DNA of 64,000 nt, taken from Octopus vulgaris. Taxonomy: Eukaryota. A program made the translations under genes and the position numbers. The stretch lies in contig OX597816.1 of NCBI GenBank assembly GCA_951406725.2, positions 140,368,001 to 140,432,000 of the forward strand. Direction: 5' to 3'. This document shows positions 12,822-26,868 of this stretch, one piece after another. Positions within the stretch are counted from its first letter, which is position 1. Each line of letters begins with the position of its first letter. The notes beneath the pieces are model-generated. The model was not told where the DNA came from, made no database searches, and saw only the letters and a list, made by a program, of their open reading frames with translations.

Positions 12822-13942
12822 AATAGTTAGGCCATTTTTTCCGGAACGTTGAACACAACATGGACAAAAAGCAAATTCGCACAATTTTCTTATTCCAGTT
12901 CAAGCTAGGCCGAAAAGCTGCTGAAACAGCTCGCGATATCAACGATGCATTTGGCCCATGAACTACTAATGAACATACAGCACAATGGTGGTTCAAGAAA
13001 TTTCGTAGCGGTGACGAGAGTCTTGAAGATGATAAGTGTAGTGGTCGGCCAGCGGATGTTGACAACGATCAACTAAGAGCCTTAGTGGAAGTCAATCCAC
13101 GCACAACTGTTCGAGAGCTTGCTTCTGAATTAGACGTAACGTTTACGACAATTCCCAACCACTTGAAAGAGATTGGGAAAACAAAAATACTTGAGAAATA
13201 GGTGCTGCATGAATTGAATGACAACCCACCCCCCCGCCAAAAAAACCCGCCGTTTTGAAGTGTCGTCTTCCCTTTTACGCAACAAGAACGACCGGATTGT
13301 GACTTGTGATGAAAAGTGGATTCTTTACGACAACCGGTGACGTTCAGCTCAGTGGCTGGACGCCGACGAGGCTCCTTGGCACTTCCCAAAGCCAAAGTTA
13401 CACCAAAAGAAGGTCATGTTAACTGTTTGGTGGACTGCGGCCGGTCTCATCCATCACAGCTTTTTGAATCCAGGCGAAACCATTACGGCGGAGAAGTACT
13501 GTCAGCAAATGGATGAAATGCATAAGAAACAACAGCCAGCTCTGGTCAATAGAAAAGGACCAATTCTTCTCCACGACAATGCTCGGCCGCACGTCGCACA
13601 ACTCACCCTGCAGAAGTTGAACGAATTGGGATACGAAACTCTGCCTCATCTGCTATACTCACCAGACTTCTCACCTACCGACTATCACTTTTTCAAGCAT
13701 CTCGGCAACTTCCTGCGTGAGAAATGCTTCAAAAACCAAAACGATGCCAAGCACGCCTTCAACGACTTCATCGCCACCAGAACGCAGGATTTTTACGCTA
13801 CTGGCAAAAATGAAGTTGTTTCGCGTTGGCAGTGTGTTGATTCTGATGGTGTTTATTTCAATTAATTAAGTTTTGTTTGAGTCGAGATATGTGCATCTGA
13901 ATTTAAAGGTTAAAAACTGCAAGAACTTTCTTGACAACCTAA
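12822..13942 (+). mobile_element. Hsmar1-like mariner, 5' TIR missing, transposase pseudogene
   Basis: ATG at 12860, MDKKQIRTIFLFQFKLGRKAAETARDIN; IVTCDEKW, LLHDNARPH, YSPDFSPTDYHFF; stop at 13865. 3' TIR ...TTGACAACCTAA followed by TA. Confidence 0.9.
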
Positions 13943-13989
13943 TATGTATGAAATTGTTTTTAAGTGCCTGTTCTTATTTATTGGTTGGT

Positions 13990-14490
13990 AGTGGTTGGAT
14001 CTATATTTAATTATGGTTTTTACTTGTTAATAAATTTCCTTTCTTTATTTAGTATTTGTTGCTGATTGAAAGAATCTGAGCACTTGAATAGGGAAAATAT
14101 TTTGAAGTATAGTAAGTCCATTCCTGCACAGGCTGCTATGTGACTGTTTAAAGGAATTTTCCTGGTGTTTTTGTCTCGGACTTGTTGGCGATAGATCGTC
14201 ATTCTGTTGCATAATGATCCGCCCGTCTGACCTATGTAATTATGTTGGCAACCATTGCATGTGATTAGATAGTTTAGATCTTCTGTGTTGCAGGTGAGAT
14301 TGGATTTAACTTTGAAGGTTTGGCCATCTTTGAATTTAAATTCTGGTCCCTCACTTAGGTAACGGCAAGTGCCGCAGTTTGCTCTGCATTTCGTGACAGT
14401 CGGATTGGAGCTTTCTTTGTACGTTTTTGTTCCAAAGAGAATGAATTTTTGTGTTTTGAGCTGCCTTTTGCTTCGTATAGATCTCTAATC
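13990..14490 (-). mobile_element. Penelope-like GIY-YIG endonuclease fragment
   Basis: Minus strand KCRANCGTCRYL...LTCNTEDLNYLITCNGCQHNYIGQTGGSLCNRMTIYRQQV. Confidence 0.8.
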
Positions 14491-14884
14491 TCTTTTCAAC
14501 CTACACACACGCGCGCGCGCGATCGCGCGCGTGTGTATGTGTGTGTGTGTGTGTGTGTATACGTGACTCGTGTTAGAGACCATAAGTTAGGAAAAAGATG
14601 CACACCGGCTTCACAGCATACCCTACCAAGGGACATAACCCCAAACCTAATCCTCTGACTCTTTCTCGTTTCACCACCTTTTTCATAGCAGCCGCTGACC
14701 GGTTGTGCTAATCCACCTATGACAATAGAGAACAGTCGCCATATTCCCTTCCATATCGGCTAACTCTGATGAGCGTAAAGTTATATAATGGGATTGTTAC
14801 ATAACACTCCATTGTATTTTTTACGCGAGATCGATTCCCAAGATCAGCCTCGTGATGGATATCTAATAATATACAAGTCGGATA

Positions 14885-14949
<65 letters not shown>

Positions 14950-15105
14950 GACAGAGACAGAGACATACACACATGTGTGTGTGCGTGTGTGTGTGTGTGT
15001 GTGATTGAATCCTTGCAAATCTAAATTTACTAATGGCTGTTTTAACGTTTATACTTTCATGTTTGTTGGTGTATGTGGAGAGAGAGAGAAAGAGAGAGAG
15101 ACCGG

Positions 15106-15136
<31 letters not shown>

Positions 15137-16592
15137 TGCGCGCGCGTGCGTGTGTGTGTGGTTTTATGCTTGGCGGAATGCTGCACATTATTCGAAATCG
15201 GAGTTACCAGTGTAAAGGGTGCGTAAATAGATGTACACAATATATTTGTTGTGCATGAAAAATATTTATTTAAAACCTAACATAAAGCATACTGGGTGGA
15301 GCACAATCAACAGTTTTTACTGCATTTTTGACTTTGAGAAGAAATATATTTTTTATGACTGTATGCAACCTAAGCAAATGATTTCCTCTAAAGGCATTTG
15401 AAAGATTATAGCATTATCTGTGGACTATTTCAGAAAATTATCGCCGTTGTCTTTGAACATGTAAAAGACAAATTTAGCTAGGGCAAAATGAGTAAGCCAA
15501 GATATGGTAAATATGCAAGAATTACATTTGAGAAAAGATTCAAGCACATCAATATTCATCTTTAGAAACCAGAAAGATCAGAAATTCCACAAAAAATTTA
15601 AATATCTAACTGAAATGAAAGTGGATCATAGAAAAATGGAGCGAGATATAAAATTAACGAAACTCGACTAAATAAAATATACTCAACATAAAATATTCTC
15701 TGTAGCTTCTCCATGATCTGCTGGAGTAGTTCTCTCTCCGATATATTTATGCATTATGCAGTTAAAGAGAAGAAATTATTGAAATTAATCATTGCTCATT
15801 TTGCCCCAGTTTAGACATCATTCTTCGAAAATTGAAATATTACCAAATTACACTCTAGTGCGGGTAAAAAAAAATTGACTTGAAATCCAACTGAGAAAAG
15901 AATATTGATTGTTAAACATCAAAATTTTTCCAGATATTTTATTAGCAACTTCAAGTACAATTAAGTCAAAGTTGAGGAACAATTTCTTGAAAAATAAGAA
16001 CCTGTCACCTCTCTCAACTTCAACAACAATAATGCTAACCAATTTTTACTCCCGAGGATGATGTAATACTAGCAACGTAATGATTTCAAATAGGTAGGGA
16101 AAAAATAACAAATCAGATATGACTCATTTTACCCCGGTTACTAATTTTAAATCTCTTTCGATTCAGGTATTTAATGTGCTTGACAACGTGTATCAAAATA
16201 TTTTTGATATATGTGTGAAAATATTTTCGTTAAAGTGTTTGTTTATAAGTTGTTAGTACCATTTTATGTTCGCATGACAACGGCCGATCGTAATATCTGC
16301 ATGTTGCGGAGAATGATCTTCCCTGTCGCTGAGTCTCTCTTGAAAAGTAGGAAGCGACCCCAAAATGACTTTCTTTTGTCTTATCATATATTTAAAATTA
16401 AAAGAAGGAATTGTGAGAGAAAGTTGAACTGAATTTTTCTGATTCGTGGAAGACACACATGAAAAAAAATGGTTGCGACCATAGAAAACAAGCTATTAAA
16501 GAAAAAAAAAAAGAAACCCTCGTAGAATATCCCAAGGTTGATAGTGAATGATTCGAAAGATTAGTTGATCAAATCTTTGTTAGGTTTTATGT

Positions 16593-16738
<146 letters not shown>

Positions 16739-17894
16739 CTAAGGTCATAAATCAACGAACGAAACGAGGGCACACGTGTAGTTTGAAGGTGTGTCTCAAC
16801 AATTGAATGTGATACAAGCCCAGAGTATACACCACACGTACCTCGAAAGAGAATCTGAACTGCTGCATAAGAGGGTGTGTTATGTACATGTGTGAGATAA
16901 CAGCTGGACATACACGTGAGTAAATATTCAAAAATAGATTCGAATATTAAGCATTACAATGTCAGCTTTGTGAAAACGTTTGTAAGCTGAAAAGAAAGAA
17001 TACTATTTGCATTCTCTAGCAAAACAGGAATATGTAATGAGGCAAAGAAAAGTCATTTTCCAGTCGCCTCCTATTTTCTAAAAATAACACAACAGGGAAG
17101 ATTACATTTTAATTCTCTTCTAAAATGACCCTACATTTTAGTTCTCTGCAAGCCTACAAAACTACTAACAACTTATAAACAAACTTTTTAACGAAGTTGT
17201 TTTCACAAACATTGTCCAGTACATTAACACCTGACTTGGTAGAGATAATGAGTTCGTTTCCATCGGTTTGCAAGCTTTCGTGCCAAAATGGATCGTGGTC
17301 TAAACCACATGAATGAAGGTGAAGCGGTGTTGGGACTGAATTTTAGTGTTAATACAATCTCGGAAACAACCGCTAAAAGCACAAGAAGAAGGATAAATAT
17401 GTCCCATGGGGCGCATGTATGTAACTATGTTGCAACGTTGTTCGATCCCAGAAGGAAAGTTCAATAATAGATATGAATGCTCAAACAAAGCAAAAGCATT
17501 CATGTAAAGAACAAACAGCTAAAAGCCAATGAAATTCAAGATAGTGCAAGTGAGTAAAAGTTGGTGAGTAGCAACATCATGGAAATGTTAGCTACATGCA
17601 GTAGAGAGTTGCACAGTAAAGCGTGATTCAAGCATGAATTGAAAAGCAATGCCAGGTGAATATGAAATTGTAGATAGCGTGAAACCCAGTCGCATGAAAC
17701 TGTATCGATGCACAAGAGTTTCGTGAACGCCATTTACAGTTGAGCCAGTTTGTTATGTATGAGACGAGAACTTTGAGAGAATACTCATCTGTAGAAAGTG
17801 AAACATTGCTATGTTACTAGGTTTATAAACACCGCATGTTCAACATAAACGCTTATTTTTCTGGTGAATTTTCGTTCTTTTAAGGCTATGTTGT

Positions 17895-17955
<61 letters not shown>

Positions 17956-18142
17956 CATAATTTTCGGTTTAAAAAAAAAAACCTTTTTTTTTTAGACATT
18001 CATTAGTACAACATCCCCACCCCCCAAATATATGGCACACTAGGCATAACAACAACATGAACTTCCAACCCTGTTGTCTCTTGAGGTCTCTGGGTGAGAC
18101 TTGGAGCCAACTTGTACAAATATAAAGAAAAAGTCAAACATA

Positions 18143-18373
<231 letters not shown>

Positions 18374-19535
18374 GCTACTTCAGAAGAAAGGAAAACTAAT
18401 ACAAATAGCGGCAAAACACGAGCAAAACAAAAAACTGTTCTCAGTATTTAAGGAAGCTGACAAATACTAACAAGAAATCAGACCACCTAATAAATATGAA
18501 GAAGAAGAAGAAGAAGAAGAAGAAGAAGAAGAAGAAGAAGAAGAAGAAGAAGAAGAAGAAGAAGAAGAAGAAGAAGAAGAAGAAGAAGAAGAAGAAGAGA
18601 AGAAGACAACAAAAGCTATAAAACAAATGAAATCCAAACTAAAAATAGAACAGCAACGAACCATGATAAAACGATGGCAAGAAAAGCCCCTTCATGGTAA
18701 ATACTGGACTAAACTAAACGCAAAAGAAATAGACAAAGAAAAATCCCAGCAATGGTTGAGAAGCTCAGGACTCAAAGCAGAGACAGAGGGATTTTTAATT
18801 GCAGCACAAGACCAAAGCCTCCCCACCAGAAATTACCAAAAACATGTAATGAAAAGAAATATAACAAGTAACTGCAGAATATGTGGAGATGGACAAGAAA
18901 CAATAAATCGTATTATCTCTGGCTGCTCAGTCCTGGCTAAGAAGGAATATATTCACAGACATGACAGAGTTGGAACCTACATACACTGGAAGCTATGCCA
19001 ACATTATGAAATAACAACAGAAAAAAGATGGTATAGGCACACACCAGAAAAGGTCACAGAAAACGAGAAAGCAACCATACTCTGGGATATGCCGATACAC
19101 ACAGATAGAGAAATTAAGGCCAACAGACCAGATATAGTTGTCAGAGATCATGAAGAAAAAAAATGCTTTCTAATTGATGTATCAATACCGGCAGATGACA
19201 ACGTGTCTCTAAAAGAAATGGAGAAACTTTCAAAATACAAGGACCTGGAAATAGAGGTAACCAGAATGTGGAATCTAAAAACAGAAACAATTCCTATCAT
19301 AGTAGGTGCATTAGGCATGATAAAAAATATTCAGACAAATACATAACGAAAACACCAGGACTTACAAACACATATAACATACAGAACATTGCACTACTAG
19401 GCACTGCACACATCCTACGCAGAACACTTTCCATACAATAACCATCAGAGCATCACAACAAATCACAGCACATACCTAAGGCACACAGAGCTGTGCTCGG
19501 TAGTGAAGTGAAAGCTCGCTATAAAAATAAAACTA

Positions 19536-19611
<76 letters not shown>

Positions 19612-19638
19612 TAATAATAATAATAATAATAATAATAA
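18374..19638 (+). mobile_element. 5'-truncated R4/Dong-like LINE (RLE endonuclease) with (AAT)n tail
   Basis: AAQDQSL, CRICGDGQETINRIISGC, HDRV, NRPDIVV, LIDVSIP, KLSKYKDL, PIIVGALG. Flanked on both sides by (TAA)n. Confidence 0.88.
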
Positions 19639-19639
19639 C

Positions 19640-19820
19640 ATCGAAAAATACTTAGGAATGAGAACCCAGGTTTGAAATTTCCCCAAGACAGCTGATGAAG
19701 ATTGGAGGGTATATCAGCCGAAACGTTGTGTTAACAACAAACAAGATGAGGACAAATATCCGTTAAATGTAAATAATGTAAATAATGTTCATAATTCCTC
19801 ATTTCTTAAATATAGAACTA
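19640..19820 (+). mobile_element. Penelope-like pseudo-LTR fragment with degenerate hammerhead
   Basis: GACAG-CTGATGA-AG...AGCC-GAAAC-GTT-GTGTT at 19687-19732; same family as 56930-57855. Confidence 0.65.
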
Positions 19821-20003
19821 TATTATTCTAAGTTTTCTGTTTTCTAAGCCTTCATTTGAAATTCATATATTTTGCAGCTGTTTTTATGATCGTCCCCACC
19901 CCCCTGTGTATATTGGGTCTCGGTCCCACTGCACAGTACCATGGACAGCCCCGAACCAAAGACATTTGAGTGTATTTGGTTGACAGAAACTGAAAGAAGT
20001 TTG

Positions 20004-20706
20004 GGATCTTTTCCTTTTGATGGACGGATTTCAACACAATTTCTAGTTAACTAAACAATTTGAAACTTCGTATACTGGTAGAATGTGTCAAAAGAAAACA
20101 TTATTTTCACTTGGCTTTTTTGAGAAAATTGTAATTTGTAAGTTTAACGTAGTTTAATTTTTCGAATTTTAACCAATGAACTGCCAGTATTTGAGCTCAA
20201 ATCATTTGCTGCGTCTAAAAACTCAGACAACATCCTGTTACAACGTAATATTTTTTCATAAAAGGATGCCCCAGCTTGTCGGAGGCTGTGATATAAATTG
20301 GGAAAAAATCCTCGACACCAGTGCGTAATTGGTACTTAATTTATCGACCCCGAAACGATGAAACATTGACCCCCCCACCATTTCTGGTTTATTTACCTTT
20401 TGTGTAAATTTGTTCCGGCAAGGGGCAAAACACAGAGGGGACAAAGCATGAGATACAAAAGTATTAAGTCGATTCTATCGACACCAGTGCGAACTCACGA
20501 ACGTGTATTTATGCTTGTGTGCGTATGTGTGTGTATGTATATCTCCGTTTGTATGTGTGTGTACGTTTGTATGTGTGTGTACGCTTATATATTAATTACT
20601 ATGTGGTTGTGCAAATGTATACGCATGTGTTTGAGAGAGAGAGAGAGTGACAGAGAGAGAGTGTGTTTGTGTGTGTGTGTGCAAGTGTACGTGTGTATGT
20701 ATCTGA

Positions 20707-20753
<47 letters not shown>

Positions 20754-21174
20754 GCGTGCGTATATGCGTATAAGCATGTATCTTTGTGTATGTATACTTG
20801 TCTGTGTGTGCATGTGTGCGTGTGTATGTATATTTACTTCTATATGCAGGCGCGCTTGTATATGTAAGTGTTTGTATGCGTGTGGGATCTTTTCCTTTTG
20901 ATATTTAAGAGATATGGCTGTTATTTCTAGCACATGCCTCCTCATTTGTTTATCAATATCGATAACGCAGCAAATAATTTGAGCTCAAAAGAGAGCATAC
21001 GATTGGTTAAAATTCGAAAAATTAAACTACGTTAAACTTACAAATTACAATTTTCTCAAAAAAAAAAAAACAAGTGAAAATAATGTTTTCTTTTGACATA
21101 TTCTATACGAAGTTTCAAATTGTTTAGTTAACTAGAAATTGTGTTGAATTCCGTCCATCAAAAGGAAAAGATCT
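20004..21174. mobile_element. Non-autonomous DNA transposon with about 180-bp TIRs and 8-bp TSD (Merlin-like)
   Basis: GGATCTTTTCCTTTTGATGGACGG... (20004-20177) is inverted at 21002-21174. GAAGTTTG at 19996-20003 and 21175-21182. Confidence 0.78.
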
Positions 21175-21275
21175 GAAGTTTGTCATATACATGCATACAC
21201 ACACACATACATACATACATACATACATACATACATACATACATACATACATACATACATACATACATACATACA

Positions 21276-21311
<36 letters not shown>

Positions 21312-21701
21312 TTTCGCCAAAGCATATCGAAACTGGTTCAAAATTGTACAAAAAACAAAAAAACAAAAGACAGAGACAGGTGAGGGAACAATAAACTAGT
21401 CGTATTAGTTTGACACAAGAAAATTGCCACGTAGCTTAGCTTTTCGCAAGATTTGCCGATAGAATGAGTGCCAGACTTTAGAAATAGATGCTGAAGTCAA
21501 TTTGTGCGTTTAAACTCTTCAAGCCATTGCCCCAGCATTGCTACAGTTTGATGATATGATAACTATATGTATGTATGCATATATGTATGTATATATGCAA
21601 ACATACATGCATATATATACATACATACATACATACATTCATACATACATACATACATACATACATACATACATACATACATACATACATACATACATAC
21701 A

Positions 21702-21732
<31 letters not shown>

Positions 21733-22350
21733 GTGTGTGTATACATACACAAACACACACACACGCTGATGTCGAACTTGAGAATGAGTGCTAATACCAC
21801 ATTGGTGAATAAATATTCTTTATTTGTGTGTTAACAAGGCTACCAGTTGCATGTAAAGGGGAACTTCTCCATTATTATCGAGTTTGCTTTATGGAACGTT
21901 GGCACTCATCTCCATTTTAGATGAGAATACATGAATTTACACGTGACTGTACGAGATTCCGGGATAAATAAATATACAGATCATGGTAGGTAACTTATGC
22001 GGAAATCGTAATTGTTGTCACCTTTGCATTATCCCTGGGATCTTTGCAAGGAACTGTTTCCACTATGGATTAATTCCTTAATCATTTTTTGCGAGAACAC
22101 TCTTGGACGTCCAAGTTTATAAATATGAATACACACGTATGTGCACATGCACGTCCATACAAAATATGTGCACGTAAAGAGGTATACAGACACTCACACT
22201 CACACTCATATATATATGTGTATGTGTGTGCGTGTGTGTGAGTGTGTGTGTTTGTGTATGTGTGTGTGTGTTAATAGAAATGGTAAGATAACAAAAGAAT
22301 GAAAGAGACCTCGATATTATGTAAATAAAGGAATTTATTTATAATATAAT

Positions 22351-22517
22351 ATGTGACAATTATTCGGTTGTGATTATAAGACTCCGAGTTGCGGATGTCG
22401 GGGCGGAAACCTGCTCCGACATCTCGACAATTATCGAGGCAATCAAAAAATGCTGCAGGTTTCCGCCCCGACATCCGAAACTCGGAGTCTTATTATGGCA
22501 ACCGAATAATTGTCACA

Positions 22518-22518
<1 letters not shown>
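22351..22518. repeat. Long imperfect palindrome (arms about 64 bp)
   Basis: ATGTGACAATTATTCGGTTG...GGCGGAAACCTGC / GCAGGTTTCCGCC...CAACCGAATAATTGTCACAT. Confidence 0.9.
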
Positions 22519-22577
<59 letters not shown>

Positions 22578-22641
22578 CAAACATACTTACATATAAGAGA
22601 ACAAAGTGTACGTACGCCGCTATATATATATATATATATGT

Positions 22642-22688
<47 letters not shown>

Positions 22689-24641
22689 CAAAATGGGACA
22701 AGAACGCAAAACATCCGGACAACTGGTGATACAAAAAGGGACAACAAAACATCCAGATAGACAATACAAAAAACAAGGACGGGTCATTCGAAGCTTTCTA
22801 TCCTCAATCAAGAACCGGATCATCCTCTAATTTCGGCTGATTAAACCTTGAGATTGCTCCAATCTGGTCAACCCCAAGGAAAAACTAAGCTAAGAGCATT
22901 AGGTTCCTTGGAAGCATCGAATGTATACGAAAACAAGGACGGCAAAACAGACGATGTTATACAAATATAAATACAAATACAATAAAAATAATAATAACAG
23001 GACATAACAACAGGTGTCTTTCGACTTTTTCCATTTGGTGCACAGATGTTACGATTTTTTTCCTTTCTGCTCTTGAACACCCAAACTAAAGCTGACCATG
23101 GGTGAAGCAGAGTTCTTCAAGGTGTAAACAGGCAACTGAAAATATTTGCTCCTGTGATTTGTTGATGGTCATGGCAAAACCAAGATTCACTGGAAACTGA
23201 AATCATTTGAATTGAAATGAGACATTGTCTCCTGAGTCCATACGACGGGGCTTTTATGCACTTATCCACTAATCGATGCATCCTATGCTCGGGTGTCTCC
23301 TGAGACGGTGCGACAGAGACGTGTGTTCGCATATCTTCAAGTCTATTCCTTCCATATTTGGTGTCTCCTGACACTGTCACACTAATGAAGTTGCTTACAC
23401 ACACTTACTGACACTCCCACATGCACACACACACACACAAGCATATACACACTCGGCATGTACATAGAAAGAGTGAAGAGAACGTGATAGAGAGGAAACA
23501 CGTCAAAAAAGATAGAGACAGATAGAAAGAGGTAAATAGAGAAACAGTTATAAGACGTCACACACAAATAGACGTACACATACATGCACACACACACACA
23601 CATATGCACACACACTCACACACATATGCACACACACTCACCTCACACGCATACAAATGTACACGTGAGTTTAGGATGGTGGTTTCTAAAGACATTCAAT
23701 GTTGGCAATTTAGAAGTTGAATTATTTCTCACCACAAATTATATTTTTTGATTACTAATAACCAACGACCTTCTTGGGACGCACATTTTGAAAATCAAAC
23801 CTGTTTCTCTCTAGGATGCACCGTTTCTGAGCCTTTCAGGGACATACATACATACATACATACATACATACATGCATACATACATACATACATACATACA
23901 TACATACATACATACATACATACATACATACATACATACATACATACATACATACATACATGGTGGCTGCCCCCTCGTTATCGAGTATGGCCATTGCACG
24001 AAGCTTAATCAATGTTGTTATCGTGCAATGCCTGTGCAAGAAGATTTTTTTAAGTGAGGAAAGGCTGTGCACTGAGTCAATCCTACTCACTAAGCAACTG
24101 CAGCCATAATCCGAAAAGAAGAACAAGTCAACATCATCGGTAACCACTGAGCCGCAGGTTTTATGTCGGAGTTATCCCAGTTACCTGAGTTACCTTCTCC
24201 TAGAAGGATGCCCTAACAAAGGCTAGGAGTCCTTCACTCCCAATGGTTTAACCGTGCGATCGGGTGTTCAGTCCGATTATTTCTATGTCCCCGTGCACGA
24301 TACATCCTTAAGACATTTATTGGATGGCCGTTGACTCTCGAGAGTTCCTCCGCCCTTTGACGGGTTTTGTTTTTCATCCCGCAGGGTGTCCAATAAACAC
24401 CCTCCTCACCAAGCAAGCTTGGTGGGGTTGCTGGTTTACCATGGACGACCCGACCATGCAACAGGTTGTACTGGGTTACATGTAACCAGTAACACTCGAA
24501 AGTGACCTGACACATACATACATACATACATACATACATCCATCCATCCATACATACATACATACATACATACATACATACATACATACATACATACATA
24601 CATACATACATACATACATACACTCACATTTATATATTAGA

Positions 24642-24717
<76 letters not shown>

Positions 24718-24943
24718 CAGCCGGGCTTTAACACAGTTTTCGTCTGTCAAATTCAGTCTGCTAAAGTAAAAGACATTTGCTCAAATGCTTACCGGCATTT
24801 CGTCCGTCTTTACGTGTTCTGAGTTCAAATTGCCTTTCATCCTTTCAGGTTCGATAAAATAAGTACCAATTGAACACTGAAGTCAGTGTAATCGACTCAT
24901 CTCCTCCCACAAAAATTTCAGGCATTGTGCTTATAGTAGAAAC

Positions 24944-24944
<1 letters not shown>

Positions 24945-25032
<88 letters not shown>

Positions 25033-25400
25033 GTTCTTTTAATCACTGGCTTTGTTGGAATTCCTGGAGTCTTGCGTGTGTAGCGGGCTTGCTACCTACC
25101 ACCTACGGTACCATGCTATCCGTACTTTTCAGCTATCTAATACTTTCCTGGTTAATCTGGCCGTGCCAAGGAGGCAAACCTTTTGTAACAGTTCCACTGG
25201 GCACTCTATTCCAATTTCTTTTATATTCCTCTTGATGCTTTCTAATTCTGTCTCCAAGGATCCAACAATAATTGCTACTAGCTTCACCTTCTTCATCTTC
25301 CATAGCCTGGTTATTTCGTACTTAAGAAGGTTGTATGCATCTATTTTTTCGCCTTCCTTCGTGACTATTCGTGGGTCAATGGGCCACGCAATTATTATTA
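24945..25400 (-). mobile_element. 3' fragment of R4/Dong-like LINE with (TAA)n tail
   Basis: KYEITRLWKMKKV..IIVGSL...LQKVCLLGTARLTRKVL, followed on the minus strand by (TAA)n at 24945-25030. Confidence 0.78.
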
Positions 25401-25749
25401 TCGTCATTAAGGTGGCGAGCTGGCAGACAGACTCCTTAGCATGCCCGGCAAAATGCTTAGCGGCACTTTGTCCGTCTTTACAATCTGAATTCAAACTCCG
25501 CCGAGGTCGACTTTATCTTTTATCCTTTTGGTGGCGATGAATTAGTATGTTGGGCTGTGGAAGAGCAGAAACTGTAGAACGCTGAATTTATAGTATTTAA
25601 TCTTGTCTCTCTATATCTTAAGCTCAATTCCTTGACCAAGTTGAAACCAAGAATTTTATGTCAAATTCTTAAGGAATGTCATTTTTGTCTACTTCTGCAA
25701 TGTAAAAGTAAGAAATAGCCCCAGATTATCAATTCTCCCAACAGCATAG

Positions 25750-26203
25750 TACACGTGTTTGGCAATGTGACTATTCAATACAATTGCAGTCACACAGCAA
25801 TACACTCGATACATGTGTAAGAAAAAAAGCATATATTAAGAAACAATGTCACATGAAATACAATAAGAAACAAACGAGAAAAATTCATCGTGAGAAAATT
25901 AAAACACAAGAGTCGGAAGTCGGCAGTCGACTCGTAAACTTTGTCAAGTTTTCTTGGTTAATAGATATAGGTTTATTGAAAAAGACTATTGTTTGATTTC
26001 TCAACTTCCTAAACGTATTCACGTGATTCGCAAATAACAAAGGCTAAGGAATTTTGTAAATTAACAATGAAATAATAGTTAAAAAAAATAAATATGAAGA
26101 AAACCACGAGAGCGAAATAGTCAGGCTCCCTATAAATACCGCTTGCGCAGTTCCTCAACTATCATTCGAGAAACTAAATTCGCTTCGAACAAATTAACCA
26201 AAG
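25750..26203 (+). promoter_or_regulatory. Promoter and non-coding exon 1 (about 26161-26203) of tyrosinase-like gene A
   Basis: TATAAATA at 26131, Inr-like TCATT at about 26162, AAG|GTGAGT donor at 26204. Alignable with 46680-47107 and 63264-63671. E-boxes at 25752, 25812, 25850 and 26020. Confidence 0.75.
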
Positions 26204-26868
26204 GTGAGTGAAGAAAAGTTCCGTTTAACTTACATTTTCTTTTTTGTCTGAAAGTTGATCACATGTCCTTCTATGATTGACTTATTCTCAGTGCAGCAGT
26301 GCAGTATGTCACACTCTGTACAGAAACACTGTGTCACACTCTCTTTAGCAATACAGTGTCATTTTCGGTAGCACAATACAGTGGTCATTGTCTGTGCGGC
26401 AACTCTATTGGCTTCCTATACAGCTACAATATGTGTCATTCTAAATACACCAACAGATAGTGGTTTATTCTCTATACACAGAGTATGCCATTCTCTCTAC
26501 AACAATACATACCGTGAAAAAGAAAGAGACAGAGAAATAAGGATTTCACTCTAGTATTGACTCCGAATGGAAGAAAGGCTAATTTGACCTCAGAGCGTAG
26601 ACATCCGAAACTAATACTACAAGACAGTCAAACCGAAGCTCAAACCACTTGCCTTATACTTACATACATACATACTTTTCGCAGCGAGGCTTAAAGTTCA
26701 AAACTTGTAGTTATACCTACATTAAATCATAGTTTATCCGGTATCACTACCTTGTGCATAATTGTTACATAAATACCGTACATGTTGTAATGGTTGTCAA
26801 TAAATGTATTTATATTAGTTTACAATATTCATTTATTCATACTTTAATTTTATTTACAGAGAAACAAA

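Noticed and set aside
23960-24510. GC-richer block resembling a LINE UTR or structured RNA
   Set aside because: Probably an interspersed repeat inside (TACA)n; no diagnostic motif found.
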